A stretch of 64,000 nt of DNA from Ramazzottius varieornatus (GCA_001949185.1 BDGG01000002.1:620001-684000), one strand, 5' to 3'; shown: positions 39,595 through 55,575, counted from the stretch's first letter. The notes: generated by a model from the sequence alone, not told the origin. Numbers and translations are program-made.

Positions 39595-42594
39595 AACGTC
39601 CAAGGAGATAAACTTATCCGAGCCGAGAAAGAAGAGAAAAAGATTTGTCAAGTTGTATTAGCAGAGTCTTTTTGATTTTCAAATACAAAAAGAGTAATGG
39701 GAGATTATTTGTTCGTTATATTGAATTTTTAGTTTGCCCTTCTGATCGGTGTTTTCTCGAACGGTTCTCGGTATGGATGACGGTGGACAAAAGTGTGACT
39801 CTCTTCTGGTGTTACTTGTTGGATTTTTATGGCTTTGCCAAAAACAACAAATTATTAATCGAAATTTTCTTTTATAGTAGGAACTTCATCTTATCATTTC
39901 ATTCTTACTTTGTGCATTTTATTTCTGCTGACTCTTACTCTAATCGAACGTCTCTCTTCTAGCTACAGCCGTATCTGTCTTACCCAACTGTTCTACCTTG
40001 TTCTTTGATTTTGTTTTACGTTTCGGTTTTTTCTCTCGATGTTTCGACGTTTTTGGTCTGTCCTGTTGGCGCGGTGGTTAGAATGGTTTCCCCGATAAAC
40101 ATTGTTGTACTTGTTAGCCATGCTGGCGTCTAAATAAAATACCTCCACTGATATTCGTCAACGTTGGGTTCTCGGTTAACTTAGCGCATTGTACATGCTG
40201 GCCGCCAGCCAGAACAATTATCAGACGGAAGTGCTGGTGTCAGCTTACAGCATGGCGTTGTTGTCTTTTCTCCGCAATGGTCCTAGGCTAGTAGCATGTG
40301 ACCGCATTGTTACTGATCTGCTGTACCACCCTATCTTTTCCGGTTTCGTGCACTTGCCGACGGTGTAGAAATATGGCTGATACCACTATTACTTAACATG
40401 AGACATTCCTCCCGATGTCTCGCAGAAAACAGCAACTTATTTTGTCGGCGAATTAGGCGGGTTGGCTCTTTTCTGACATGATTCTCTAGCGAGGGAACCG
40501 CCCGACTCCATTGAAAGTGATAATGCAAGTATAACTCATCACTGATGAGGTCCCTGCTTATCGTGTCTGCTACAAGATTTCAGGATGGAAAGAAATCTTG
40601 ATAGCAAAGCTATCGACTTCTGGCCCCTGCACGCACAACGTTTGCACGTTTGAGCGCTTTGGGTTCACGCAAAGAACGTCGAGGGTCGGCCCCGGGCACA
40701 GCATGACTTGTCCTGTCAAGTTAATTTTCAGTGCAGCCCGTAACAGAAAACAGAAGTAGAGTGATAAAATCAAAGAGGATACCGGCACATATATTAATGG
40801 TATGTAGTATGTACTGTAGTTTCGCTGCGTCGACCGTCGGCCCATGCGCAGCGCGACTGGAACTTCGAGGGGATTTTAACCGGATGTCCTTTTTGTTCTT
40901 TCAACACGAACAGGACAGCATGCCCAAACGACACACGTCAATCCAGTTGGAGCCGTCTCCCAGATCTTAACGATGAAGAGTCCCGGGTTTTCCTGGCTGA
41001 TGTCCTTAGTCCCCATTCGGATCATCGGAACCGGTGCTGCAGGTTTGGCGGCGGCACTTCGACTGCACGAGTATGGCTTCGGCAATGTGCGCATTCTTGT
41101 AGCGCACGGCAGAAGTGGAGGCCGAGTTTCCAGCAAAAAATTCGGTTAGTTTCACCTGACATTCTGAAACTTTGCAAGTGTTTGCGCAACTTACGCTATT
41201 GTTCTGACTGGTTTATATTCCCCCATTAAAGGAGGACGAAAAAGAAGCTTACCAGAAGCTTCGCTTCAGTTTTCGAGCCATGTGCTAAGAAAACTGAGAA
41301 GTAAAAAGCTGCGACGAGAACACCACCAGGAAATCAGTGATGGAAAGTTTCGGAACAATCGTAGAGGATGGGTTCCCCGAACACCTTGTCCAGCTTAATG
41401 ACAAAGCTAACGAGCCGCTTCGAAAGGCATTACTCGACTGGTTCATTATGCAACCAAATTCCTATCATCGTTTTGTTATTCAGTCATTGTCAGTCTCTGG
41501 ATGACACTTAAGGGTTCGGCTGGCGGACAACAGTTTTACTGATCTGAGCCGAATGTCGGCGGAATGTAAATGGTATTCGGGCAGACTGACTTTTCGAGTG
41601 TCAAAAAATGAGCAGACAGATTTTCTTGACAGAACCTTGGGAGAACCTCAGCTGACGAAAAAATGGCCGTATTTTTTTCCATCGAACTTCTGCCAAGAAC
41701 TCTGGCAGTTCTTTTGCGAGCTCGAGGATGCGCCAAGTCTGCCATCTTTCGGTCGACATTGATCCCGCAAACTGCTGATTGATTTTGCTTCCGTCAACAC
41801 GGAATACTGCACCATGCAATCCATCTCATGATCTAAATTACTACTGAAATCGGGTCAATCGATCGCTTTGTTCTCTAGTTTTCGGTGATGTTACAACACT
41901 GATTTCTATCTGTCGGCATTGTACTTCCGGAAGTTGTGATTAATCTGACCGCTCATCTCTGCCATCTCTCACCTTCGTTTTCGGTACTACGTAAATATTG
42001 ACCCTCCATGCCCTGGGTACTTATGTTTCGCGTCAACAGCTGACTAGAGATGGCAAAAGTGTGATTTACCGAAATTAACCGAAACTAAATCGAACTTTTC
42101 GATTTGGTACGAGAAGTTACCGAAACCGAAATTATCGGTGTGAGCCTCGCACCAAAAAATCGATTTCGGTATGCGTCCACACCAAATCGACACCAAATCG
42201 AAGTATTTCGGTATACCAATGAAACATCAAAGTTGATAATGGTTGATTTTGGCGGCTTTGATTAGAGTGATTAAGTACGGAGGGCTCTCCGAACATCGCA
42301 AATCTGTTAATGTGCCCCTTCGTAAATCTGCGTCGTGGACAATTGATTCCATTGCCTTTTGATTAGCATGATTCAATATCAAGCCAAACGCATCAGAGAA
42401 GCAGGTAAACTGGAAATTTAGCTAGGCCTCCCTTAAAACAAATCATCCAATCAAGGACTTCTCTGCTTCTCCCATAATTGAATGCTCCTGTTCAAATTTC
42501 GAACCGCCAATTCCCCACTCTAATTTCGAGACGAACGATCGTTCGCAAGTATCTCCTCTTTGCATTCCCCTACGAATCATCTCCTGCGCTCAGG

Positions 42595-43820
42595 ATGGCC
42601 TCTTCACACGAGAGACAACGTATCGTGGCGGATCTCGAGACGCTGATCGTGGCCGAAGAGGTTGTTTCGCTGCTGTGTGACGATTACGATGAATTACCCC
42701 CTACGGAAGATGCAGAGAATCTGACGTCGCCTCGGAACATTCTCAGTCTGACCTCCGCTACTCGCTACCTGTTGCCCCGAACAGAGGTACCGAATAGTAA
42801 ACACTTCTTCCATAACGTTCTACCAAAGCTGGACAACGATCGCTGGCGGCAAGAAGTGAGAATGTCCAAGGAGTCTTTCCGGAATTTGCAACGGCCGCCA
42901 TCCCGTATTCCGGAACAAATCCCGACATCAACAAACTCGTCCCGTATACCAGCTCGTCGTCTTCCTTTACCGTCTCGGCTGCGAAGGCACACCTGTGGGC
43001 AAGATCGCGCGACGTTTTGGAATATCCGAAGGAAGTGTGGAATTGTACTGTGAACGTTGTTTGAAGGCCATCCTCTCTCTGGAAAAGACGTATGTTACCT
43101 GGCCGAACAAAGAGCAAAAATCCCGGATGAAGTAGCGCATTCTTACAGTCTGGTTTTCCTAACTGCATCGGATTTGCTGATGGAACAATCATCGTTCTTG
43201 CGAAGAAGCCGTCGCTGGGTGGGTCAGCCTATTTCAGCCACACGAATAAGTACGGAATTTCCGCTTTGATTGTGTGTGATTGTCAACGACGTATCTTACA
43301 TGTCAATGCGGGTTTCTGTGGTGCTGCCCATGATAACAGAGTCTACCGGCACAGCAAGTTGAACTCGAGCGATCGCTCGTTCTTTGAGGCGGGGGAATAT
43401 CTGCTAACTGATAGCGGGTTTGCCGTTAGCGGGCATATTATTCCCTGTTACAAGAAGCCTGCTGCCGAAAGGATGGACAATGAGAAATTTAACAATATTC
43501 TGGCGAGTGCGCGAGTAGTGAATGAACACTGTATTGGGATGGTAAAGGGAAGATTCCCTTCTCTACGCAGTTTGAATTTTCCTGTTCGTACGGTTAAGGA
43601 GCACAAAAAGGTAATCTTCTACACAAGAACTTGCGTCGTTCTCCATAACTTCTTACTGGATGACTTGTACGACTCAGACTGGGGGAAAGAAAAAGACAAG
43701 GACGTGAACGGATTTCCGGAAACAACTCGTCAGACAGGACCCGTCAACGCGATCGGGAGAAGGGAACAAGTGAAGCGAATAGTTCTAGAAAATAACGGGT
43801 ACTTTTACACCGACGCTTGA
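42595..43820 (+). pseudogene. Harbinger DDE transposase with frameshifts and a stop
   Basis: WRQEVRMSKESF, FLYRLG, GFPNCIGFADGT, GAAHDNRVY, YLLTDSGF, RVVNEHCIGMVKGRFPSL, CVVLHNF. Breaks at about 42890 and 43130-43150. Confidence 0.9.
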
Positions 43821-45000
43821 TCAAGCGAAGTTTCTAGCTTTTTAAGTTCGATACGAAGTTTCAACGATTCTCTTTCCAGTAAAGAATTTCTTTCGATCTG
43901 TCGCATTTCCGCTAGTTCCCCTTGGCGACTCTTCTCACGTTCTTCTCTGTCCAGGTACTCTTTACGCTCTTGTCGAGCCAGTTTGTCCTTCTCAAACGCC
44001 AGTCGTTCGCGCGTCTGTTGTTGGATGACTTCCGAAAGACTGAGAGGCTTGGCCTTTCCCTTCTTGATGATGCCTTTTGAAGGTCCCGGCGGACTGGCTG
44101 CAGGAGTACAATCAACATCTCCCTCATCCTTACATTTTATAGTTGATTGGTTTGCCGAAATGGCATTCAAAAACTCAACGTGTAGTCTGGTACTGTTACA
44201 GCCAGTCAAGCATAATGTATACAGGCGAGTGTGACGTTAACTGTACCCTGAGTAGGTTGCTCCACTTCCGGTGCTTTCGTGGTGCATGACGTCATCCGCT
44301 ACTTCATCCAGTCCGATATCCTCGTCAACTGTTTCTACGTCCTCGTTCACAGGGAGACCGTTCTCATCCTCGTTCTCGTCGATAGGGTCAGTGTTGTCCA
44401 TCACAGCTGGAGGAACCATCGACGGTCGATCACAGTTGATCGGATGAAGACGATCCCAGAGATAACACTTCGTTAGTAATTTCTCTGCGAACAGTAAACG
44501 GCATGAGACTGGTGGAACCATAGCAAAAAATAATTCTCGACCGATCGGTCGAAAAACTTACTTCTGACTGTATCGATCTTCGCTCGCTCATCCAAATCAT
44601 CAATGCCTGTCCCAGTTTGACTCACAAGCTCGTCGTGGGCCTTTCTGTAGGACGTTTCGAGGCTTTTGAGCTTGGAAGTTACCTGCGCGAGCGATCGCTC
44701 GAAGCCTCGTGCTCGCAGATATGCCGTGATCTCTTTCTCCAGAGCAATTCTCGTCTTCCCCGAAGTATTCTTCCTTCCAGAGCCTTTGTCTTTGGATGTG
44801 AACTTCCATCGATCCAGATTATCGGGATCCTGGAGCCAGTCAACTAGAGCGCTCTCAGCAGGGGAATTGGTCCACTTGTCGTAACGCCGTTCGTTGCTGG
44901 GAGGTTTCTCTTTCGCCCCTGTTTTTGCCTTTCCTCCGACGGCTGGACCACTGACCTTGTTCTTAAGTCGGGACGGCATCATACTGGAGGGGATGGACAT
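43805..45000 (-). CDS. Harbinger Myb/SANT-like DNA-binding partner protein (spliced)
   Basis: KWTNSPAESALVDWL...RSLAQVTSKLKSLETSYRKA...QTGTG; intron 44561-44485; CYLWDRLHPI-DRP; acidic linker; second intron near 44250-44190; coiled-coil C-terminus. Confidence 0.75.
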
Positions 45001-45836
45001 GGTCAGAAGCGATCGATCGATCGACATGTGATTGTTGAGACAGAAGCGCGGGTGACATCGAGTCTGATACAGCAGAAGCAACGAAAATGAAATTTGGTTT
45101 GTCTACTTATCCAGCCTTCGAGCCGGAGAAGCAGAGAAGTAGAGAAGCAGATATGCAGACAATTGCACAGCCAATCGTTGGACAAAACAGGGCCGGATCA
45201 GTGACTCATCGTTTCGAGAAATTTGAAATTACCTTCTTCTCTGAACTTTGGTACTATTGAGCCTAGCCAGTAAAGTCCGCCTCAAGATTTCGGATTTGCA
45301 ACATCGCGCATCCACTTTCCTGGGCTAGAGCACTGAGCCGCAGGTCCAAAAGTATGCTGCAACTGTGCTGCGCACATTACCAGGGCGCTGCACGCTACAC
45401 TGTGCTGCACAACTTTCATGCCCAGTGGCTAAGCAGCTGTGCTGCAGATGCACGTTGACCTGGTGTAACTGCGCGGAACGCCAATGTATTGAGGTGGTTT
45501 GTAATTCAGTCAGTCAGTGAAATCGGTAGTCAACCTGGAGAACGTTGCCGTAAAGTACGGCAAAGCTGAGACGGCTGACGTTCGAATGCCCAAAAACTGT
45601 AATTTTTGTCAGGTTTCGGTAGGTGCATCTGCGCGGTAGTCTATGGCTTTCTGCTGTATGCTGTGCTGTGCCGCACAAATTTCGTCAGTTCACACGCTGT
45701 AGCTATGCTGCAGCACAGCACAGATGCAGTGCGGTGCAGCGCATGCGGCCAGATTCCGTGCTCCATCCTGGGCCTTCTGAATCCGCTGTGTTTAGGTTCT
45801 ATTCTTTGTGTCGTATTCTGAATTGAGGTACAGGAT

Positions 45837-48185
45837 GAACAGACGACTAAGTTGGACTCAGGAGTTGGCCAGAGACAGAGAGGAGAGTGCTGAACGAGAA
45901 GCAACGCGCCGTGAAATGGATGGGAAGTCGGATGACCTGATGGACGTCGACGTAGCTTCACCAGCCGCTGCAAGCTCAACCTCTTCTACCCAGTCAACAG
46001 CAAAGAAGTCTTTCTCAGCAGACGTCGAGCAGCTGTTTACAAGTACTGGACCCACGACGTCAAGAATAAGCTTTACCAGTGCAACTACGGTACGAAGAAA
46101 TATCGCGATTCCAACTCCAGCACCATCCTGAACACGCATACATCTACGCACGCAAACCGGATTGCCGATAAGCCTAAGCCACCAGCGAACAAGCACTTCC
46201 AACTGAAAGAAGATTCGGGAAATCCAAAACTCAGCCTCAAGCAAAACGCGCTGATCGATGAAACGTTGAAACGCTTGCTTACTGCCCGTAACCTTCCTTT
46301 CTCTTTTGTCGACTACACAGAATTCAGTGAGTTCACCCAAGCATTGTGTTCTTCTTACACTCCTCCCAGCAGAAACACTCTGAAAGCCTGGTTGTTCGCA
46401 CAACACGAAGCTTAGAAGATAAAGGTAAACTATTCCCTGAAATAATTCGAAATAATTGGAATTGTCGAAATTTCTTTCGAATTGATTGATTTTACTTGAT
46501 TAGATCAAAGCCGAACTGGAAGCGGCGCCAGGCAAGATCTCGTTAACGCTGGACGGTTGGACATCGGTGGCTCAAGATGGTTACTTAGAAGTTACAGTTC
46601 ACTGGGTGACTTCCGACTTCGAGATCCGAAGAGTGCTGCTGGATATTCGGCAGCTGCCGGCGGAGCACAGTGCTGACAAAATCCGGGAGACTCTTCTCGG
46701 CATTCTGCGCGACTTCGAGATAGCCCATAAAACTTTGGGCCACACTATGGATGGGGCAGCTCCTATGAAAAAGTACTTCGAGGACATTCTGTCAGGGTTA
46801 CGACTCGAAAAAGAAAACAGAAACTTGTCAACCGAAAGTAAGTTTTACTGTTCAACAAAACTGGCCAAGTTCGAGTAGAAATAAGTGTCGTATTCCAGCC
46901 GACTTTTGCTTAATTCATAGCTTTTTGTTTCCAGTTTCGGAATTCCGCGTACGATGTATTTGCCATATGGTAAACAACGTTGCCGAAGTGGGACTGACTG
47001 ACGACACACGAATAGTGGATCGCGTACGGAAGTTGGTGACAGCTTTGCGAAGAACGAAAGCCAAGACGCTGCTGAAAAGCATCACGAAAGTGAAGCATGT
47101 GAAACTTCCGCTAGACGTTTCGACAAGACGGAACAGCACACTCTACATGTTGAAAGGTGCGTACAAAGCCAGGCACGATCTAAAGAAGTACGTGAACCTT
47201 TACGCGAGCGATCAGAAGAACCTACTCGCCGATAACGAATGGGAAGACGTAAAGCAGATGGCAGAGTTTCGTGAACCGATGGACAAAATTACCACGGAGT
47301 GCTCCGGTTCAAAAGAGCCAACTTTTCATCTAGAGAAGCCGAGTTTGCGCCAACTTCAAAAACATTTCGAGGGAAAACAATCTTGATTGTCATGCTTCTA
47401 TTACTATTGGGCCCAACGAAATACAGTATGATATTTTATACGAAGATTATTTTTGCAGAAAGTTCGATCAACTGGCGGAACGGTACGATATCAAGCCTTG
47501 CATCTTTTCAGAATACAGATCATGTTAGCTGATACCGTTTTATTTCAGAAAGCCAACTTGAAAGCCACTGCAGTCAATATGGAAACAAAGCTGAAGACCA
47601 CCATGAAAGATAGTTGGTCGCAGGAGGTTATGCATCTCGGTCTTCTACTGAACCCTTGTGTAAAGACCAACGCGTTCGAAACTTCTCAGCGAAAGCTTGA
47701 AGCGACAACGCTCCCGAAGAAATACGCCGCATGCTGCAGTACGCAGCCTGTCGGAATTCCGGATATAGAACAAGCTGAAGTTGGGTCTTCCGTTTTGAGC
47801 GAGTTTCTTCAGACAATCAACCGTGGTCCTTCGAACGAGCAAACGGAGGTCGACAAGTACTTAGGAAGCTCGGCGGAACCAATGTGCAAGCCTTTAACAT
47901 GGTGGAAGAATCACAAAGATGTTTACCCCTTTGTCTCGAATGGTCATCGATTTTATGGCTGTGTGTGCTTCGTCGCTTGAGTCAGAACGTATGTTTTCAC
48001 ACGGTGGTAAGATCATTACTGATCTGCGCTCTAGCCTGTCAAGCAACACTGTTCAAGTTGCAATGTGCCTAAAATGCTGGTATTTCCATGAATTTTCGAA
48101 GATCGATCTGACGAGCCCGTTGAGCTATTCTGAATTCGGTAATTTTAAGTCTGATTTTGTTTTGGTCTGTAATACAGAAAACTAG
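45837..48185 (+). pseudogene. hAT transposase with a degenerate BED finger
   Basis: VYKYW...CNYG...STILNTHTSTH (second Cys is Gly), ISLTLDGWTS, TMDGAAPM, RCICH, DVSTRRNST (W is R) and a dimerisation domain WWKNH...ASSLESERMFS. Stop near 46413 and frameshifts. Confidence 0.9.
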
Positions 48186-49849
48186 AAACTGTTTTCGGTA
48201 TACCGAATGTTTTGGTGTGATTTGGTGTGGTAGATCGAAAGTTCGGTGTGGAGCTCCCACCAAATCAAACTTACTCATGTGTAGTGTCATTTTAATCATT
48301 ATAATAGGAAATCGATTCTAATAATTAAAATCGTTTTAATTGTGCGGGTTGTTGTTCACTTGATTGATTGATCCATAATTGGACATCGAATTTCAATTTT
48401 AATAATTTAAATTCGTCTTCCTGCTTTCTGTTTGGCGCGTACTTTTTCTCCCGTCGATTTTCTGCCGCAAACGTTCTCTGCGATTTTTTCATAGGACATT
48501 TTCGTTTGCTATCACGTGTTTTCTGTGACATCATTTCTGATTGATTTATCAACTAGGAAGTGAACTAATTTCAAAATCTCATCAGGTCAGCAGGTCCCAC
48601 AGAACGAAAACGTCACCAGAACCAGGTGGAAAAAATCATGTCATCAGCACGTGATCGGCTCGCGTCGGTCAGCTCGATAAATTTAGTTGGTCGTATATTC
48701 CGAGTAGCCAAAAAAAAGACCTGACCGAACTGAAAATTTCAACCGCATCAGCAACCGGACGTGTTGTTTATCAAAATTTGTGATCGGTAGTGAGACTACG
48801 TAAAACGATATGGGATCGCGTTCGTTGATAAGAGAGTTCCGGCGGAAGTAAGGCCACACCGGATGTTAGATTATTATCAAAACTGTTTATCGTGATCCGA
48901 AGTGACTTTAGTATGATCTGGATAATATTGGTCATCTGATTCGGGAAATTTCGCGATTGTATCTGGCCCGAAATTAAATTTATGTTTATGAACAATATCC
49001 GAAAAGCAGCTGACAGTCTGCTTACTGATATTCTGCCGACATTCGGCGACGGAAACTGCGCAGTTTACCCATGCCCCTCTGCTCAAAATGTACGGGTAAA
49101 ATTTAACACTTCTGCGCAGACACTACGTAAGAATGTCAGCAGAAAATTCCGAAGGTTCTTAAGCAGAAGCTCGGCCGACTAGATCGAAAATGGTGGCTTT
49201 TTTTTGCCGACGGGAACACGTCGGCGACCTTACGATTCGTTCGAAGGTTCCCCTGTCGGACGTCCTTCACACGCCCTTCCTCACACATAATCCTCAACAA
49301 TGCCGTAAGGATGATCCACTTCGAACCATCCATCCTTTTGCTACCAGTTACCGTGCGATGTGGTGACGGAGATACCTTCAAAGCCCGACACGTCATCTTC
49401 ACCGGCTCGCTAGGCGTTCTCAAAGCTCGGCCATCATTCTTTGATCCCCCGCTCTCAACGAAGAAACGTCAAGCTATCGAGAAAGCTGGTTTTGGAAGCA
49501 CATGCAAGATCTTCCTGCAGTTCGAGCGACCATTCTGGGAGGAACTCGAGCCACCCACCGACGGATTCCAAACGCTGTGGTTGAATCGTCAGACAGAGAG
49601 CGCGGTCGTCGAAGATAGCAACGTTCCATGGTATCGTTCAGCACTTGGGCTCGACGCGATCCGAACCCACAAGAACACGCTGGTCTTGTGGCTGGCGGGA
49701 CCAAGAGCCGCTGAGGTGGACGGTCTGTCGGACGAGCAAATCAAACAAGACGTGGTGGAGCTCCTGCGGAAGTTTGCAGTATCTTCGAGCATTCCGAAAC
49801 CTGTTCGAGTTATGAGGTAAGAGAAACTTTTGCACAACGAAAGATATGC

Positions 49850-50050
49850 GACGTCGACGACCGAATTTACCCAGATCTTCTAGCCAAGTGACGCACTCTT
49901 TCAGCTAGCAGCAAGGAGAACGCGCGCCACTTGGGAAAGCAATCAAACTCGACAAGTTCGCCTCTTAAGTGGCGCGCGTTCTGAGCCAATTACAATGGAT
50001 TTCTGCGCGACTTGAGATAACGATCTGGGCAAACCCATCTGCCAACGTCT
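49850..50050. repeat. CAAGTGGCGC modular hairpin repeat, 2 units (last intron of the oxidase pseudogene)
   Basis: Units at 49885 and 49966. Confidence 0.8.
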
Positions 50051-50868
50051 CAAGCAGCAGAACGGTGTTTCAATCACTGAAGGGCTCTTTAGGGAGAGGT
50101 GGTCGAGTAACCCGTATATCAGAGGAACTTACTCATACCACTCGATGGAGAGCACGATTTCCGGGTTATTGATTGAAGATCTGGCCGAACCCGTTTGGAT
50201 CTTCGAAGACTCGAAAAGCGGTTCTGTTCCCGCGCTGCTGTTTGCGGGCGAGACGACTCATCCGATCGATTTCTTGACCATACACGGGGCTATTCAGTCG
50301 GGATGGAGAGAAGCCGTTGGTTTGAAAGAACTTGCAGTACACTGTGAACAACATTCGGGGTGTTTGCATAGCCGGTGTCGTGCAAAAACTCCGGTTCAGC
50401 ACTCGATGAAAAGAGCAACGTCAGCAGGCTAGTTTTTGGTAAATTTGCTTTCGCCGTTCTCTGCAATGGCTCTTTGTCGAGAGAGATCCGCCTGGCTCGC
50501 ACTAAAACTAGTGAACCTTGAATGGGGCGCTGCCTAAAGTAGACGTACCTGATGCAGAATTATTGGATGGAAAGAGAAGCTTCGGTGTGGTACCATATCG
50601 TTCATTTCCGGCTCCTGCATGTGTACGGTGGCCATGTAAGTAGTCGTAACTCGTCGGTGAGTCCCAACTTCTACGACTCCACGTGGCGAACTCCCTGGAT
50701 TTTGACTGTCAAGCCCTGTACGATATCGAGTTCAAATCGTGGTAATGATAGAATGGAAATATCGCAACAGTACTTTCAGAAGTTTCGGAAAACGTTTTAG
50801 CATAAGCTGATTGCCAGTCAACCCAAGGGACGTTTTCACATGGGCATGTTCTAAAAGCTGAACTAGAC

Positions 50869-51469
50869 GCTGGATGTGGACAATTCTGCTTAAAACTGCG
50901 TTATGTCGGCAACATGGAATCTCGGTGACATGGAAGGGAGAACCCTTGAGACATTGTTTTTGCAGGATATCATTGAAAGTCTTCAAAACGCGACGCATGT
51001 CTGAGGTTGCGAAAGTTGAAAATATCTGAGCGCTGAACAGAGGTTCTCAGCCGAGAACAGAAACGTGTTCTCAGCGTTAAGGCCAGTCACAAATTATTGT
51101 CGTGCGTTACCTGATAATGGACTGGTAAACTGTTAAATAGAAAACTTTTAGTCCTGTGAGAAATTTACGGAGGATATTTTAGGAGCAATCAAAAGCCAGA
51201 AAATTTCTTCAGTGCCGGCGATATTTTTTGAATTGACAATGGAAGAGTGTGAAGTGTGCCATTCATTTCGTCAGATCTTGGCTGAGAACCGTTGTTCAGC
51301 GCTCAGACATTCTGAACGTGTCCAAGCTTACAGATGCGCTGCGTGGAAGAATTTTAATCATATCCTGCAAAAGCGTCTGGTCTTACCGGTTCTTCATATC
51401 ATAACAATGGGTTTGTCTTGCTTCGGTTGCCGATATTACGGAATTTTAAGCAGAATTGTCCAGTCCAGC
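50869..51469. repeat. Foldback element, about 600 bp
   Basis: About 190-bp imperfect arms, e.g. TGGACAATTCTGCTTAAAA / TTTTAAGCAGAATTGTCCA and TCTGAGCGCTGAACA / TGTTCAGCGCTCAGA. Confidence 0.75.
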
Positions 51470-52330
51470 TGTCCCGTACACTGTACAACCGGCGTTTGTC
51501 CGTTGTCCACATCCAACGTCCAGATCAGCTTTTACAACATGCCCTTCGCATGCAGTAGAAGTGGAAATCACTGGCGAATCACAGGACTCACTCACTGGCC
51601 ATATGGATCTGGCCGCTGGAGTCCAAGTCTGCATTTTCATCTTTTTATCAACGTTGGGTCACGAAGGCCGAAATGGCTTCCGACTTCCATCCCCAACCAT
51701 CTTCCCACTTTCCCACCTTCCGTCCATCCTTTCCTGCTCCCTCTACCTCATCCCAACCACTTTCTCAACCCACCCAATCCATCAACCCAACTCCCGGACT
51801 ATCCCTTCGCTCCGTCCAGCTGCTCTGTTCGACAGTCACCGCTCCACCTCCTTCTCCCGACCAACTCTGGCTCAGCCGTACTCACCAGAAGCTCCCGAAG
51901 GACGTCCAAGACGCCGGATGATCCGAGGTAGGTCAGCCATCCGTCTGCCAGTGCTGTCTGACTGGTCCACTCACTGGCTGAATGCTTGGACGGTGGACAC
52001 CAGTGCATTTTGCCTCCATCCTTTTTCGCTTCCGCATAACAATCGGCTGTACGTCTGTGGTATTCGTATGAGTCAGACCCAACCGGCGTTCTGCCGTTAC
52101 AAAAGTTATTCCCGGTATCAATTTGTCCAATCTCTAGAATTCAAGTCAGCTAGATAAGAGCGATACGATATCGGCGAACAATGCAGGCGTACACCTGATC
52201 GATCCGCTTAGCGTGATAGGAAATACAACGTTATTTCCTTGGCAGTTGACAATAAGTTCATTTTCTGCTCGAGCTGCTCGATTTCGTCGAAGGACGAAAC
52301 TGCCCAAAACCGGTATTTTTCTGACTGACG

Positions 52331-52875
52331 AGGGGATCATGCCTGTCGTCCTCACCTCTTGGTGGTCATACCATCCCGGCAAAACAGATAGAACAGAGTC
52401 TTTTCTTGGATCTGGACGGGGAAGCTAAGTGCTGCGACGATCCTGATTCCTGAATCAAGGACTCGTAAACGGAAGTCAATTGCCCGCTCCAGTAAGTTTG
52501 CAGCAGTGACGTGAAGCTATTTGATTGGTTGTGTAACAGAGTGTTGACTGAAGACGTTAGAAGCAAGTCGCTCAGCTGATCAACAGGGCCACCGAACAGC
52601 GTGCCGAAACATGCTGAAGATGCGCGAAATCATACCGTCCAGTCACAATCCGATGAAACTGCTGATCGGCTGAGTTGCAATCCTCGCAATCAAGCTGGAA
52701 ATGAGAGAGCGTACGTCACTGCAGTACTTCAGGCCCGTTAATTCCGGGTCATGTGGTCTACTCCAGGATCGTCGCGGGATTTAGCTTACCGGCTCTGATC
52801 CAAGAAGAGGCTCTGTTCTATTTGTTTTGCCGGGATGGATTGACCAGCAAGAGGTGGGCACAGGCATAATCCCCT
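52331..52875. repeat. Foldback/MITE ending 21 bp before the oxidase ATG
   Basis: About 115-bp imperfect arms at 52331-52446 and 52763-52875 (CCATCCCGGCAAAACA / TGTTTTGCCGGGATGG). Confidence 0.75.
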
Positions 52876-52881
52876 TGCTAG

Positions 52882-55032
<2,151 letters not shown>

Positions 55033-55575
55033 AAGTACAGAGAAAATAAATTTCTGGTTGTGTGCAATTGATTCCGCATTGCAGCTTTTAAGCTGAAAAC
55101 AGTGTTCATTTCCTGACAATTTGTCATTCGAACAATGGATATTGAGGTGTGATGACAGCGACTTGATCGTCTGTTCCAACAGAAGTCCGTTGTCTCATCG
55201 GGCAACGAACGAGATTTTCCGCGCTTAAGCAAAACGCTTTCGTAGACAGAGCAGTCAAAGCCATCTGAAATCAATCACGCCTTTTCGTCGCCTTATTTTT
55301 TCTGCATACCGTATCTGATGGAAAATCAATTCGATTAACATGCCCGCCAGTAAAAAATGGCCTGCAAACTCGGTCAGTAGCGCCAAAGAAACTCATTGTG
55401 CATTCTCAGCGGATGGTCGTAAATTTCAACCATGTTGCGAAAAACAAAATCTCGAACGTAGACTCTGATATCGCCCTTAAAACGGATACGTTTGCTTTTT
55501 GTTCTCTCCCATTCAAGAAGTCAGATGTAAAGTTGCGAGAGAGGCGATTGCTCTGTTTATGCGGTTGAATCCATC

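Larger units (their letters stand above)
42595..45763. mobile_element. Two-gene PIF/Harbinger element nested in the hAT 5' region (left boundary uncertain, between about 42290 and 42590)
   Basis: Convergent DDE transposase and Myb/SANT-like genes. The right end GGCCAGATTCCGTGCTC matches the 3205-3221 copy. Confidence 0.85.
42045..48270 (+). mobile_element. hAT (Ac-like) transposon, right TIR not found
   Basis: Left end TAGAGATGGC followed by ACCGAA/CACCAAATC subterminal repeats (42045-42220). Mirrored TTCGGT/GATTTGGTG repeats at 48190-48270. Transposase in between. Confidence 0.8.
41000..50333 (+). pseudogene. Flavin amine/polyamine oxidase pseudogene split by about 7.8 kb of nested transposons
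   Basis: Exon 1 at 41000-41144 (IIGTGAAG; the FAD-binding Glu is Val). Exon 2 is missing. A degenerate exon 3 lies at about 41226-41446. Homology to 53885 onward resumes at about 49219, and the last exon is at about 50093-50333. Confidence 0.9.

Noticed and set aside
49007-49014. CAGCTGAC matching the 8 bp left of the hAT start (42037-42044) as its TSD
   Set aside because: It is not preceded by the expected right TIR (GCCATCTCTA) and lies about 740 bp beyond the subterminal repeats; treated as chance.
51212-52157. Long overlapping ORFs (239 and 233 aa)
   Set aside because: They arise from a foldback arm plus a C/T-rich low-complexity stretch depleted of stops, with no recognisable domain or splice pattern.
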